Part shown: piece after piece, positions 8,558-18,452 of the stretch | Position numbering within the stretch: the stretch's first letter is position 1 | Layout: each line of letters opens with the position of its first letter | Notes under the pieces: model-generated | The model's input: only the letters and a program-made list of their open reading frames with translations | Told to the model about the DNA's origin: nothing | Databases searched by the model: none | Program-made: the position numbers and the translations under genes | NCBI GenBank assembly: GCA_002452835.1 | Contig: DKFO01000081.1 | Coordinates: 1 to 63,889, forward strand | Source: Candidatus Atribacteria bacterium UBA6794 | GTDB lineage: Bacteria > Atribacterota > Phoenicimicrobiia > Phoenicimicrobiales > Stramentimicrobiaceae | Length of the DNA stretch: 63,889 nucleotides | Direction: 5' to 3'

Positions 8558-9814
8558 CTAAAACAGGATGACAGTAACCTTCTGCCCCTGATATAATCCT
8601 TCCTGATTAAGTCCAATAGTAATATAACCATCAGCTCTGGCTAAGGAAGAAATCATACCTGATTTTCCCAAAATGGGAACCGCCCAGAGCTGGCCATCTC
8701 TCTTCTCTAATACTACCCGAATATATTCTTCTCTGCCTGCATCAGAAAATACATTTTTTTCCAGTATTGCCTCTATGGTCTTTTGCTCTGCAAAAGGAAA
8801 AATTTCCCCCTTTAAATCATTTATTATCCTTCTAATAACATTTTCAAAAACCATCAGGGCTGAAACAGGGTGACCTGGTAATCCAATAATGGGTTTCTGT
8901 TGATTTAAAGAAACAATGGTGGGCTTGCCTGGTTTTAAGGCCAGACCTTGCACCAGAATACCCGGGGGACCAAGACGATTCAGTACCTTTAAGGTATAAT
9001 CTCTACTGCCTACCGAACTACCTCCCGAAATTAATATCAAATCAATTTCCCTGTTTTCCAGACACCCCCGGAGTTCTCCTTCCAGTATTACCTCATCATC
9101 TGGAACGATACCTCTATAATGAGGAATACTACCAGTCTCTCTAACAGCAGCCCCCAGGGCATAGGAATTAATATCACGCACCTCAGCAGGTTTAGGTTTG
9201 ACATTAACAGGTACTATTTCATTACCAGTAGAGATAATGGCAATACCCAGTTTTCGATAAACAACTACCTTATCCCACCCCACTGCTGCCAGTAAACCAA
9301 TATCCGGTGGTCTTAAGCATTGACCTTTTTTCAAAATAAGCTCATTTTTCTTAATATCCTCATCTTCTCGCAGTACATTTTCCCAGGGAGCTACCGGCTT
9401 ATTTATTTCAATCAGGGTTTCGCTAAGCTGATCAGTATGCTCCAGCATCACCACCGCATCCGCTCCCTCTGGTAACATACCCCCGGTCGATATTCGTATC
9501 GCCTGGCCATCCGGTAAGGGAAAGTCAGGCTTTTCTGACATCTTTATTTCCCCCTTAACCTCCAGATAGGCCGGTAGGCTATCACTGGCTCCAAAAGTAT
9601 CGCGGGCTTTGACTGCATATCCATCCATGGTAGCCCTATTGAAACCGGGTATATTCTCCTGTGAGATGATATCCTCAGCCAGCACTCTTCTGGAGGCACA
9701 AAGAAGGTCTATTTCTTCCTTACGATGGGACAAAAAATACTCATAATCAAAATGTTGTCGAAAAAGTTGCAATCCTTCTTCCAATGTCCTAACTTTAAAT
9801 AGTAGTTCAGTCAT
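8558..9814 (-). CDS. moeA: Molybdopterin molybdenumtransferase MoeA (stand-alone paralog)
   Basis: 418 aa. Contains ATMDGYAV, STGNEI and GLPGHPVSALMVF, the canonical MoeA layout. Confidence 0.9.
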   Translation of the reverse strand: MTELLFKVRTLEEGLQLFRQHFDYEYFLSHRKEEIDLLCASRRVLAEDIISQENIPGFNRATMDGYAVKARDTFGASDSLPAYLEVKGEIKMSEKPDFPLPDGQAIRISTGGMLPEGADAVVMLEHTDQLSETLIEINKPVAPWENVLREDEDIKKNELILKKGQCLRPPDIGLLAAVGWDKVVVYRKLGIAIISTGNEIVPVNVKPKPAEVRDINSYALGAAVRETGSIPHYRGIVPDDEVILEGELRGCLENREIDLILISGGSSVGSRDYTLKVLNRLGPPGILVQGLALKPGKPTIVSLNQQKPIIGLPGHPVSALMVFENVIRRIINDLKGEIFPFAEQKTIEAILEKNVFSDAGREEYIRVVLEKRDGQLWAVPILGKSGMISSLARADGYITIGLNQEGLYQGQKVTVILF

Positions 9815-9851
9815 ACCTTATCTATCATCAGGGGAACCCCCCCTGAACTCC

Positions 9852-9960
9852 TTTTATAAAAAAATCCCATACCGAAATTTCGTCTCGTATAGGATATTCA
9901 ATATTTCCTGCTTCCCAATACGGGGGCTCAATAATTTCTTATTGAACCTTACGGTTAACT
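9852..9960 (-). ncRNA. Structured leader, candidate Moco/Tuco riboswitch (weak call)
   Basis: On the minus strand there is a 10-bp stem with a GAAA loop (GGUUCAAUAA-GAAA-UUAUUGAGCC, 9925-9948), a CCUAUAC..GUAUGGG hairpin, and AAAGGAG near the 3' end. It sits upstream of the first gene of the Moco operon. The consensus match is from memory only. Confidence 0.3.
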
Positions 9961-10332
9961 ATCATAGAACAACTCTTTAAGATAGTCAACTCTAAGAAAT
10001 ATTATTAATTTATTAAATAGCTCTTTAATTATACCCAAATTCGGTTAATTTTTCAAAGGATTGATTTATAAGTGTTGTTCATTTTCTAATTGCTATTGAA
10101 ATAATTATTATTTTTGTTAAAACATAGAAGTGTACTTATAAATAGAAACAGGGATGATGGTAGATAATCAGGTAATCAATAATTATGAAGAATAATTTCA
10201 ACTTAATAGTATTAAAATGTTAATGATTAATATACTTAAAAATTAATAAGAAAATAAGAATATTACCATGAATATATAGCATTTATCCATAACAGCTTAT
10301 TTGGAAATGGTTAGTACGGCATAAAATAATAA

Positions 10333-11496
10333 TTACCATGCATTTTGATAAATTTCCATAATATCTTCTAGACTAATCTTTCGAGGATTATGTATAAGTA
10401 ATCTATTATTCTTAATAGCAATTTTAGATAATTCCTCAATGTCTTCTTTTTTAACATTTATATCTCTTAATTTTTGAGGGATACCAATATCCTCAGAAAT
10501 TATCCTGACTGCTTTAACTGCCTTATGAGCACTTTCTATACTAGATAAACCTTCTACTTTTTCGCCCAAAGCCTTGGCAATATTTTTAAATTTCTCATAA
10601 TTTCCAGGCAAATTAAATTCTATTACTGAGGTAAGCATTAAAGCATTCGACAAACCATGAGGAATATGATATTTCCCTCCCAAAGCTAAGGCCAATGCAT
10701 GTACAGCATTACACCCTGCAATCGAAAAAGACATTCCAGCAAAAAGACTAGCAATAGACATATTGTATCTAGAATCTATATTTTTATCTCCTTGAAAAAC
10801 AGCTTTCCTAAGATTCTTACCAATTAATGAAATTGCTTTTAAACTTAAGATATCTGTAAATAAATTTGCATCTACTGAGGTGTAAGATTCAATTGCATGA
10901 CATAGAGCATCCATGCCCGTATGAGCAGTAACCTTAGGAGGTAAACTTAATGTTAAAAGTGGATCAACTATTGCGAGGTCAGCATACAAATAAGGACTAT
11001 ATATTACTACTTTTTCTTCATTTTCATCAATTAAAACAGAAACATTTGTTACTTCACTTCCAGTGCCAGCAGTAGTAGGAATTTGTATTTTTTTTAGACC
11101 TGGTTTTTTTACTTTATCAAAACCATAATAATCATCTAGCTTACCTTTATTAGTTACTAATACAGAAACGGCTTTAGTTACATCAATAGAACTTCCACCA
11201 CCTATTCCTACTAGGAGGTCATAATTTTCTCCTTCCATTTCTTTAATACAATCATATACTACTCGTGTATGAGGTTCTGGTTCTACTCCTTCAAAAACTC
11301 CTACTTTTAAATTTCTATTTTCTAATATCCTCCTAACCTTATCCATTATTCCAGACTTCACAATCCCAACATCTGTAATTATCAGAACTTTACTTGCGCC
11401 AAATTTAGTTGCTTCTTCACCGATATTTTCAATCGCATTATTCCCTACCATTATTTTTGAGGGAATAAATATGGTAAAATTTAAATTAATTTCCAT
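10333..11496 (-). CDS. Iron-containing (group III) alcohol dehydrogenase
   Basis: GGGSSIDVTKA, the GTGSEVT motif and the metal-ligand region HGLSNALML. Confidence 0.85.
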   Translation of the reverse strand: MEINLNFTIFIPSKIMVGNNAIENIGEEATKFGASKVLIITDVGIVKSGIMDKVRRILENRNLKVGVFEGVEPEPHTRVVYDCIKEMEGENYDLLVGIGGGSSIDVTKAVSVLVTNKGKLDDYYGFDKVKKPGLKKIQIPTTAGTGSEVTNVSVLIDENEEKVVIYSPYLYADLAIVDPLLTLSLPPKVTAHTGMDALCHAIESYTSVDANLFTDILSLKAISLIGKNLRKAVFQGDKNIDSRYNMSIASLFAGMSFSIAGCNAVHALALALGGKYHIPHGLSNALMLTSVIEFNLPGNYEKFKNIAKALGEKVEGLSSIESAHKAVKAVRIISEDIGIPQKLRDINVKKEDIEELSKIAIKNNRLLIHNPRKISLEDIMEIYQNAW

Positions 11497-11551
11497 ATTA
11501 TCTATCTCCTTTCTTCTAATTTTAAAATCTTTAATATTTTCTAAGCTCTAA

Positions 11552-13372
11552 TTACTTCAATAACTCACTTTTTACCCTTCCAAATTCATCCCATCCTCGA
11601 AGCTGATAATATCTTTCTAGCATTCGGTCTAACTGGGGATTCTTTTCGGCAAAAGCTCCCTCCACCCGAGCTGACTTTAAAAGTCTAGGCGGCAAAACAT
11701 CATCCATACGAGTAAAACCTATCTTGTTATTAAATGCCCTTTTTAAGTTGAACAGTTTGCTTCCCAATAGTAATAAGTCTTCAACATTCAATGACCAATC
11801 TGTGACTAAATTTAACCATTTGGTTATCTGTTCTAGTCCAATGCCTCCTAATAAAATAAATTTACAAATTCCCAAAGCATTTAACGTTGCCATAAAATCC
11901 TGCATTTTGATGGTTAATTCTACATTTTCCTCCCACGATCTTTCTGTATTTAATCCCATTGAAGATAGATTGACCCTTCCTCCTTCAGCAAGGTAACCCA
12001 GACTTTCTAAATGACACCCCCCTCTAGCTGCTGTGGCATAACTTAAAGCCATGGTAGCCCATAATCTTGGATCATGAAAAGCTACTTCTAAACCCTTCAC
12101 ATGAATGGCAAATTCGCGAGATATGCCTCCGAGATGAGAGGCCGCTCTTTTAGTACCTTCACCAAGAATCGATCCAATGCCTTCTCTTTTCGCAATTTTA
12201 GATATTAAATTAAGTATTGCCTCCCCATTGCCCCAAGTAAGTTTAATTCCCCCAGTATCTTTTTCTGTTATCAGACCATTTTCGTATGCCTCCATCGCAA
12301 AGGCAATTACACTGCCGGTAGACATAGTATCTAGACCATATCTGTTACATAAATCAGCTGCCTCAATCAAGGTAGCTAAATCATCATTAAGAAGCATGGA
12401 ACCTAAACCAGCAATCGTTTCATATTCGGGTTGTTCTGCTTCTTCTCCCTGATATGGGCCGCTTAAAATCTTTACCGACTTTGCACATCTGATCGGACAG
12501 GCAAAACAACTATGATGTTTTACAAATGCTTTTTCAGCCATGATCTCTCGGCTTATTTTTCTTGCCCCTTCTTCCCATCTCTTACCACGCCAATTCATAA
12601 TGGGAAGATCACCAGACAATTCTGCCCCAGGAACTGAACCTGAAGTACCAAATTGTGAAAAACCGGCAGTAGCCTCCTTAATAGAAGGAATATAATCTTT
12701 AATTGAACTAATCAACATGCTCTTGTTTTCAAAATTGACTTCACCTGTTCCTCTTACTACTATGGCTTTTATATTTTTAGCACCCATTACTGCGCCTAGG
12801 CCACCTCTAGCTGCCATACGCATCTGATTATACTCCCTGAAAACCGAAATACCTGCAATCTTTATTAAATTTTCTCCTGCAATCCCAATACACATAATTA
12901 CCGAGTTGCCATCTGTTTCCTCTTTTAATATTTTGCTAGTAACAAAGGAATCTTTTCCCCATAACTTCTCAGCAGATCTTATTTCCACTTTATCATTATT
13001 TATCATAATATATACTGGCTCATCAGCTTTTCCTGTAATATAAATACCATTATAACCCGCTTTTTTTAATTCAGCTCCAAAATATCCCCCAACTGTTGCT
13101 TCACACCAGCTATTAGATAAGGGGGATTTTGAGCAAACTGAAGTCTTGCAAGCTGATGGAACAGGAGTACCAGTAAGCAAACCAGGAATAATGATTAAAG
13201 GTATTTGAGGAGAAAATGGTGAGATATTATATGCTTTTTCTTTATAAAGTAGATATGAAGCTATACCACTTCCGCTAAGATAATTTGAATATAAATCTTC
13301 AGAAAATGACTCTTTCCTTATTTCTTTATTGGATAAGTTGATGATAATGTTCTTATTATTAAAAAAAGTCAT
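11552..13372 (-). CDS. Aldehyde:ferredoxin oxidoreductase (tungsten/molybdopterin AOR family)
   Basis: 606 aa. Typical AOR N-terminal domain, [4Fe-4S] ligand region SCFACPIRC, and DTMS/GLD motifs. Confidence 0.85.
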   Translation of the reverse strand: MTFFNNKNIIINLSNKEIRKESFSEDLYSNYLSGSGIASYLLYKEKAYNISPFSPQIPLIIIPGLLTGTPVPSACKTSVCSKSPLSNSWCEATVGGYFGAELKKAGYNGIYITGKADEPVYIMINNDKVEIRSAEKLWGKDSFVTSKILKEETDGNSVIMCIGIAGENLIKIAGISVFREYNQMRMAARGGLGAVMGAKNIKAIVVRGTGEVNFENKSMLISSIKDYIPSIKEATAGFSQFGTSGSVPGAELSGDLPIMNWRGKRWEEGARKISREIMAEKAFVKHHSCFACPIRCAKSVKILSGPYQGEEAEQPEYETIAGLGSMLLNDDLATLIEAADLCNRYGLDTMSTGSVIAFAMEAYENGLITEKDTGGIKLTWGNGEAILNLISKIAKREGIGSILGEGTKRAASHLGGISREFAIHVKGLEVAFHDPRLWATMALSYATAARGGCHLESLGYLAEGGRVNLSSMGLNTERSWEENVELTIKMQDFMATLNALGICKFILLGGIGLEQITKWLNLVTDWSLNVEDLLLLGSKLFNLKRAFNNKIGFTRMDDVLPPRLLKSARVEGAFAEKNPQLDRMLERYYQLRGWDEFGRVKSELLK

Positions 13373-13404
13373 ATTTAACTCTCCTTATCCTTAATTAGAT
13401 GTTA

Positions 13405-14727
13405 TTAATAAATACCCATTGCCCTTGGTATCCAAAGAACTACCTTTGGGAACAATATAGTAATAATCAAACCTATTATTTGCAATATTACAAAAGGGAC
13501 AACGCCTTTATAAATATCTTTTAATGTGACACTGGGGGGAGCTATTCCCTTTAAATAGAATATTGAAACAGCAAAAGGAGGTGTTAAGAAAGCAGTTTGA
13601 AGGCATACGGCTATAACTATACCAAACCAAAGGGGATCGAATCCAAGTTTAGGAATCATAGGAGCAACAATAGGAATAAAAATTAATAGTATTGGAATCC
13701 AATCTAAAAAAAATCCCATTATAAAAATAAGTATTAATATTATAGAAAGTATTCCATAAGGACCTATTTCTAAACTTAGAAAAAAGTTAGTAATTAAATT
13801 ACCTCCCCCTAAAGCTAAGAAAACTCCTCCGAATATTTTTGCAGCTACTGTAATCATTATTACAAACGAAGTGACAATCATCGTTTCATAAACAGATTTC
13901 TTAAATTCTTCCCAAGTAAGTTTACGATAAACAAGGGCAAGCACTAAGCTACCAACAACTCCAATAGAAGCAGCTTCAGTAGGAGAAGCTACACCTAAAA
14001 TAATTGAACCCAACACTAGGATGATAATAAGGATAAAAGGTAATACATTAATTGTAAACATTTTAAGAATATCAAGAAACTTATACCCTCTTTCTTCCGG
14101 TGGTAAAGAAGGGGCAAGTTCTGGTTTCAATTTACATTGTATAATAATATAGACAATATATAAACCTGATAATAACAGTCCAGGCAAGATGGCACCTGCA
14201 AAAAGACTGGGAATTGGTAAGCCTGCTAAAGGTCCATATAAAATAAGCATAACACTAGGTGGAATTAAAATACCTAAAGTTCCACCAGCCAAAATCGTTC
14301 CTGTAGCCAGTGGTTTATTATATCCATATTTCAACATACTCGGCAACGCAAGTAATCCCATTACCGTAACTGATGCACCTACTATGCCCGTAGCAGCAGC
14401 AAATAAAGTACATATTATAATAGTAGCTAAAGCAAGAGAGCCTTTCACTGGACTAAGTATGATTCTTATCGTTTTATAAGCCCTTTCAGCAACTCCTGAT
14501 GCTTCCATAAAAGTGCCCATAAATACAAAAAGAGGTACTGCAGGTAAAACATTACTTCCCATAATGGACCAGGTGTTTAAAATCATCTGACTAAAAACTC
14601 GGCTTCCCCATCCAATATATCCACCTATTACTGCAACTCCTGCTAAAACAGCAAATAATGGAAAACCAAGAAAAATAAAGATAGCTAAAAATACAAACAT
14701 CAGAAGAGCTATTAACTCAGGATCCAT
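13405..14727 (-). CDS. TRAP transporter large permease subunit (DctM family)
   Basis: 440 aa polytopic membrane protein. Overlaps the small subunit gene by 11 nt. Confidence 0.85.
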   Translation of the reverse strand: MDPELIALLMFVFLAIFIFLGFPLFAVLAGVAVIGGYIGWGSRVFSQMILNTWSIMGSNVLPAVPLFVFMGTFMEASGVAERAYKTIRIILSPVKGSLALATIIICTLFAAATGIVGASVTVMGLLALPSMLKYGYNKPLATGTILAGGTLGILIPPSVMLILYGPLAGLPIPSLFAGAILPGLLLSGLYIVYIIIQCKLKPELAPSLPPEERGYKFLDILKMFTINVLPFILIIILVLGSIILGVASPTEAASIGVVGSLVLALVYRKLTWEEFKKSVYETMIVTSFVIMITVAAKIFGGVFLALGGGNLITNFFLSLEIGPYGILSIILILIFIMGFFLDWIPILLIFIPIVAPMIPKLGFDPLWFGIVIAVCLQTAFLTPPFAVSIFYLKGIAPPSVTLKDIYKGVVPFVILQIIGLIITILFPKVVLWIPRAMGIY

Positions 14728-15232
14728 TATCTATCTCCTTTCCCAGTAGAATATAAATAGAACGAATAAATTGAGCAATTCCCTGAAGTAATAATAAACC
14801 CATTGCTACTGGCAATACTGTTTTTAAAGGATAAATTGGTGGTCTCCAAGTACCAGTAGCACTTACTTCTCTTATCCTCCATGAAAAAGCAGCAAAGTCT
14901 ATTCCTTTAATAAAAAGAATGGCTATTGCTGGGAAAAATAAAATTAAATATAAGATAATATTAACTATTGCCTTTACACGTGGGGAGAAATAATCAGAAA
15001 TTAAAGTCACTTTTACATGTCTATCTATAGAAAGAACATATGCAGCACCTAATAAAAAAATGGCTGCATACAGCATATAGCTTAAATCATAAGCCCAGAG
15101 AGTTGGGGCATTGAATAAATATCTAGAAATTGCTTCATAAAATAAAGCAAAAGTTAGAAGAATAATTAACCAAGCACTTACTTTTGCAAATAGTTCACTG
15201 ATCTTGTCAATAAACTTAAGAAATGACTTCAT
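14717..15232 (-). CDS. TRAP transporter small permease subunit (DctQ family)
   Basis: 171 aa with 4 hydrophobic segments, positioned between DctP- and DctM-type genes. Confidence 0.8.
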   Translation of the reverse strand: MKSFLKFIDKISELFAKVSAWLIILLTFALFYEAISRYLFNAPTLWAYDLSYMLYAAIFLLGAAYVLSIDRHVKVTLISDYFSPRVKAIVNIILYLILFFPAIAILFIKGIDFAAFSWRIREVSATGTWRPPIYPLKTVLPVAMGLLLLQGIAQFIRSIYILLGKEIDNGS

Positions 15233-15305
15233 CTTAATTCCTTTCTTGAAATTAAAAACACATTAATAAAATCATCTTTTACAAAAATTATTATTCCCAA
15301 CTAAT

Positions 15306-15362
15306 ATTCCTTTCTTTGTAGTCTAAAATTTGAAAGTATTTTAGAACTACAAAGAAAGGAAT
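15306..15362 (-). other. Intercistronic stem-loop between the TRAP binding-protein gene and the permease genes
   Basis: Perfect 17-bp arms ATTCCTTTCTTTGTAGT (15306-15322) and ACTACAAAGAAAGGAAT (15346-15362) with a 23-nt loop. No U-tract follows on the minus strand. Confidence 0.6.
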
Positions 15363-15376
15363 TTCCATTTTAATTA

Positions 15377-16507
15377 TTAATTTTCCGGCCAGTAATAATC
15401 AGCCAAGAAAGAGTAATCTGGGACAAACTTTTTCTCATATGGTACAACTATTTGGGCATAAGCTTTCTGTGATTCGTAAATTTCAGCAAAATTTGGATTT
15501 TTCTGAATTTCTTCCTCAGCAAATTTCTCCCATCCTTTGAGGAATGCTTCTGCTATATCATCTGGGGTTTCAACAATTTCAACATTGTGTTCGTCTTCAA
15601 ACCATTTCATAAATTCTGCTTGATCTCGGTATTCCTCCAAAACGTTATACAATATCATTTCATTACATACTGTCTCAAAAATTCTTTGTAGATCTGAAGG
15701 TAATTTTTCCCAGACCTGTCTATTAACCAAGAATCCCATAAAGCCGGTTGGCTGATGGAATCCAGGTACATGTAGATATTTTGCAAATTCATGGAAACCC
15801 ATATTTTTTTCAGCCCGCAAATCACCATATTCGGCTGCATCAATTATTTTTCTTTCTAAAGCTGAAACTATTTCAGGTCCTGCTACCATTGTTACATTCA
15901 TTCCTGCTTCAGCATATCCCACAGCCCCTAAACCTGCCGCTCTAACTTTTATCCCTTTACAATCTTCTAAGCTATTCAATGGTTTGGTGAACCAACCCAT
16001 TGCTTCACCAACCTCTAATTTTGCGGGGAAAGGCTTGATATTTTGATATCCAATTTTTTTATAAAGGTCTTCATAGAGTTCTCTTCCCCCACCAAAATTC
16101 ATCCATCCCCAAAAATCAAAGGTACTCATTCCAAAGGGACCACCAGTAACAGAGGCAAATAGAGTAAAAGCAGAGTTTTTACCAACCCAATATCCTGGCC
16201 AGGTATAACCTATATCTAAAACCCCGGTTTCTACTGCATCAAGCATATCAGTAGCTTCACAGATTGTTCCTGGGGATAGAAATGGAGTTAGTTTAAGTCT
16301 GCCATTACTAACCTCTTCAATACGTTTAAGAGTGTTTAAAGCACTAAGACTATCCTGAGTATCAAGTGCAAAAACAGATTGAACTGTTAATTCAAATACT
16401 TTTTCTTGATCTTCTTCAGCAGATAAACCTGAAATTATACACAAACTAAACAACAGAACTAAGCAAATTGATGCTGAAAAATATTTAAGTAATTTTCTAT
16501 TTTCCAT
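15377..16507 (-). CDS. TRAP transporter substrate-binding protein (DctP family, long type)
   Basis: 376 aa with a signal peptide-like N terminus. Adjacent to the DctQ/M genes. Confidence 0.8.
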   Translation of the reverse strand: MENRKLLKYFSASICLVLLFSLCIISGLSAEEDQEKVFELTVQSVFALDTQDSLSALNTLKRIEEVSNGRLKLTPFLSPGTICEATDMLDAVETGVLDIGYTWPGYWVGKNSAFTLFASVTGGPFGMSTFDFWGWMNFGGGRELYEDLYKKIGYQNIKPFPAKLEVGEAMGWFTKPLNSLEDCKGIKVRAAGLGAVGYAEAGMNVTMVAGPEIVSALERKIIDAAEYGDLRAEKNMGFHEFAKYLHVPGFHQPTGFMGFLVNRQVWEKLPSDLQRIFETVCNEMILYNVLEEYRDQAEFMKWFEDEHNVEIVETPDDIAEAFLKGWEKFAEEEIQKNPNFAEIYESQKAYAQIVVPYEKKFVPDYSFLADYYWPEN

Positions 16508-16632
16508 ATTTTTATCCTCCTGTTTTTAAAATTTGATTTGATTATTAATAATCAATCTCTTAGGTTAACCAAATTAGTAAATGAAAAATCGATTCTAAAT
16601 TAATTCCAATTTATCACCTCCTCTCTTAATGA

Positions 16633-16649
16633 AGTTGTCAAATACAACT
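16633..16649. promoter_or_regulatory. Palindrome AGTTGT-N5-ACAACT, candidate operator upstream of the TRAP genes
   Basis: 6-bp inverted arms in the 298-bp AT-rich gap upstream of the binding-protein gene. A GntR-family regulator is encoded nearby. Confidence 0.25.
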
Positions 16650-16805
16650 ACATATTAATTTATTACTCTAGTAACTAAAAGTAGTAATTGCATGTTAGTA
16701 ATTTTTCATTTTTATTATATGCCTATGTTAAATATCTTTTCGTTATTTTATTAATGTAAAAATTTATACAAAATAATAAAACATATGACAATCTAAAAAA
16801 CAATC

Positions 16806-18023
16806 TTAGAAAACATTTGCTTTATTCAATTTTTCAATTTTTTCTTTACTATAAGATAAAATACCTGAAAGAACATTTTCAGTATCTTCACCTAAAAGAG
16901 GAGGAGGTTTTCTTACACTTGCAGGTGTCTTAGATAATTTTATGGGGTTCCCCCCAATTTTAATTTTCCCAACAGTCGGATGCTCAACTTCCCAGAACAT
17001 TTCCCTATCTTCTGCAATATGGGGGTCATTTACTACCTGATCAACAGAATATATAGGTGCACAGGGTATCTTTTCTGAAAGTAGTTTTAAAATTATTTCT
17101 TCTACTTCTTTGTCCGATGCCCATTCCTCTACAATTTCTTTAATTTCAACATGATTCTTTACTCTTTTGTTATTACTATTGTATCTTTCACCATCAGCCA
17201 AATACTCTTTATCAATAAATTTACAGAACCTCTTCCAAATATTATCATTACCTACTCCCAAAACAAACCACCCATCTTTGGCTTTAAAAGAATCATAAGG
17301 ATAAATAAATTCATAACGATTGCCTTCCCGTTTAGGTATTCTTTTCTCAACGATATATATTTGGGTTAGTGTTTCCATAGCAGAAACAACTGAATCTACC
17401 AACGCAATATCTACTTTTTGTCCTTCCCCCGAGAAATCTCTGTATCTTAAAGCTGCTAATATTCCTATAGTTGCATTTAAAGCAGCAAGAATATCAGCAA
17501 TTGCAGTACCGGTTCTAGTGGGAGGACTATCAGGCCACCCCGTTACACTCATAATTCCTCCCATAGCTTGCCCAATAATATCGTATCCAGGCCTATCTTT
17601 ATATCTCCCAGAATGACCAAATCCTGAGATGGAAGTATAAATAATTCTAGGATTTATCTCCTTTAAACTTTCATATCCTAGACTTAATTGTTCCATAGTG
17701 GTCGGTCTAAAATTCTCAATCACCACATCTACTCTTTTAATTAAATCCCTAAAAATTTCTTTTCCCTTAGGCTTTTTCAAATCTAATGTAATACTTTTTT
17801 TATTTCTATTTAGATTCATAAAGTATCCACTTTCTGATTCAATAAAGGGAGGATATTGCCTTGTATCATCTCCTCTACCAGGAATTTCGATCTTTATTAC
17901 CTCTGCCCCCAAATCCGCAAGTAACATAGTACAAAATGGACCAGCAAGAACACGCGACAAATCAAGTACTTTTATTCCTTTCAAAGCTAAAGTTTGACAA
18001 TCTAACTCCTTTTTATCTTTCAT
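16806..18023 (-). CDS. Family III CoA-transferase (CaiB/BaiF type)
   Basis: GIKVLDLSRVLAGPFCTMLLADLGAEVIKIE is the canonical N-terminal signature. Confidence 0.85.
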   Translation of the reverse strand: MKDKKELDCQTLALKGIKVLDLSRVLAGPFCTMLLADLGAEVIKIEIPGRGDDTRQYPPFIESESGYFMNLNRNKKSITLDLKKPKGKEIFRDLIKRVDVVIENFRPTTMEQLSLGYESLKEINPRIIYTSISGFGHSGRYKDRPGYDIIGQAMGGIMSVTGWPDSPPTRTGTAIADILAALNATIGILAALRYRDFSGEGQKVDIALVDSVVSAMETLTQIYIVEKRIPKREGNRYEFIYPYDSFKAKDGWFVLGVGNDNIWKRFCKFIDKEYLADGERYNSNNKRVKNHVEIKEIVEEWASDKEVEEIILKLLSEKIPCAPIYSVDQVVNDPHIAEDREMFWEVEHPTVGKIKIGGNPIKLSKTPASVRKPPPLLGEDTENVLSGILSYSKEKIEKLNKANVF

Positions 18024-18042
18024 ATTCTATTCCTACTACTTT

Positions 18043-18450
18043 CTAAGATTTCACTAACACACATTTATATCCATAGGCAATAATACCTGAAGAACCGTCT
18101 TCCTGAATCTTTCTAAATACTAACTTTACTCTTGTACCAATCTCTAAATCGTTGAAATCACAGTCTACCACTTGAGACATTAGTTTGACTCCGTTATCCA
18201 ATTCAATGATAGCAATGGCAAAAGGCGAATAATCTTTGAACTCAGAAGATGGTGTTCTGATGATGGTAAAACTATAGATTTTACCTTCTTTAGGTAGCTT
18301 AATGGGCGCAAAATCTCTGGATTTACAATTAGAACAAATTAGTCGCGGTGGGAAAAATATTTTACCACAATTATTGCATTTATTTGCCTCTAAACGGTAA
18401 CGTTGGGGGATTTCTCTCCAAGTTTTTGAAACTTTTACTGCTGTAACCAT
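18043..18450 (-). CDS. DUF35 Zn-ribbon/OB-fold protein (thiolase/HMGCS scaffold type)
   Basis: CNNCGK..CSNCKS zinc ribbon followed by an OB-fold-like segment. Immediately downstream of the thiolase gene. Confidence 0.8.
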   Translation of the reverse strand: MVTAVKVSKTWREIPQRYRLEANKCNNCGKIFFPPRLICSNCKSRDFAPIKLPKEGKIYSFTIIRTPSSEFKDYSPFAIAIIELDNGVKLMSQVVDCDFNDLEIGTRVKLVFRKIQEDGSSGIIAYGYKCVLVKS

Positions 18451-18452
18451 CT

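Noticed and set aside
8093-8631. ORF-track entries 8093-8278 and 8404-8631 as small genes
   Set aside because: Both lie entirely within the mosaic repeats, or overlap the moeA 3' end. They have no RBS context, and their translations are simply read-through of repeat modules.
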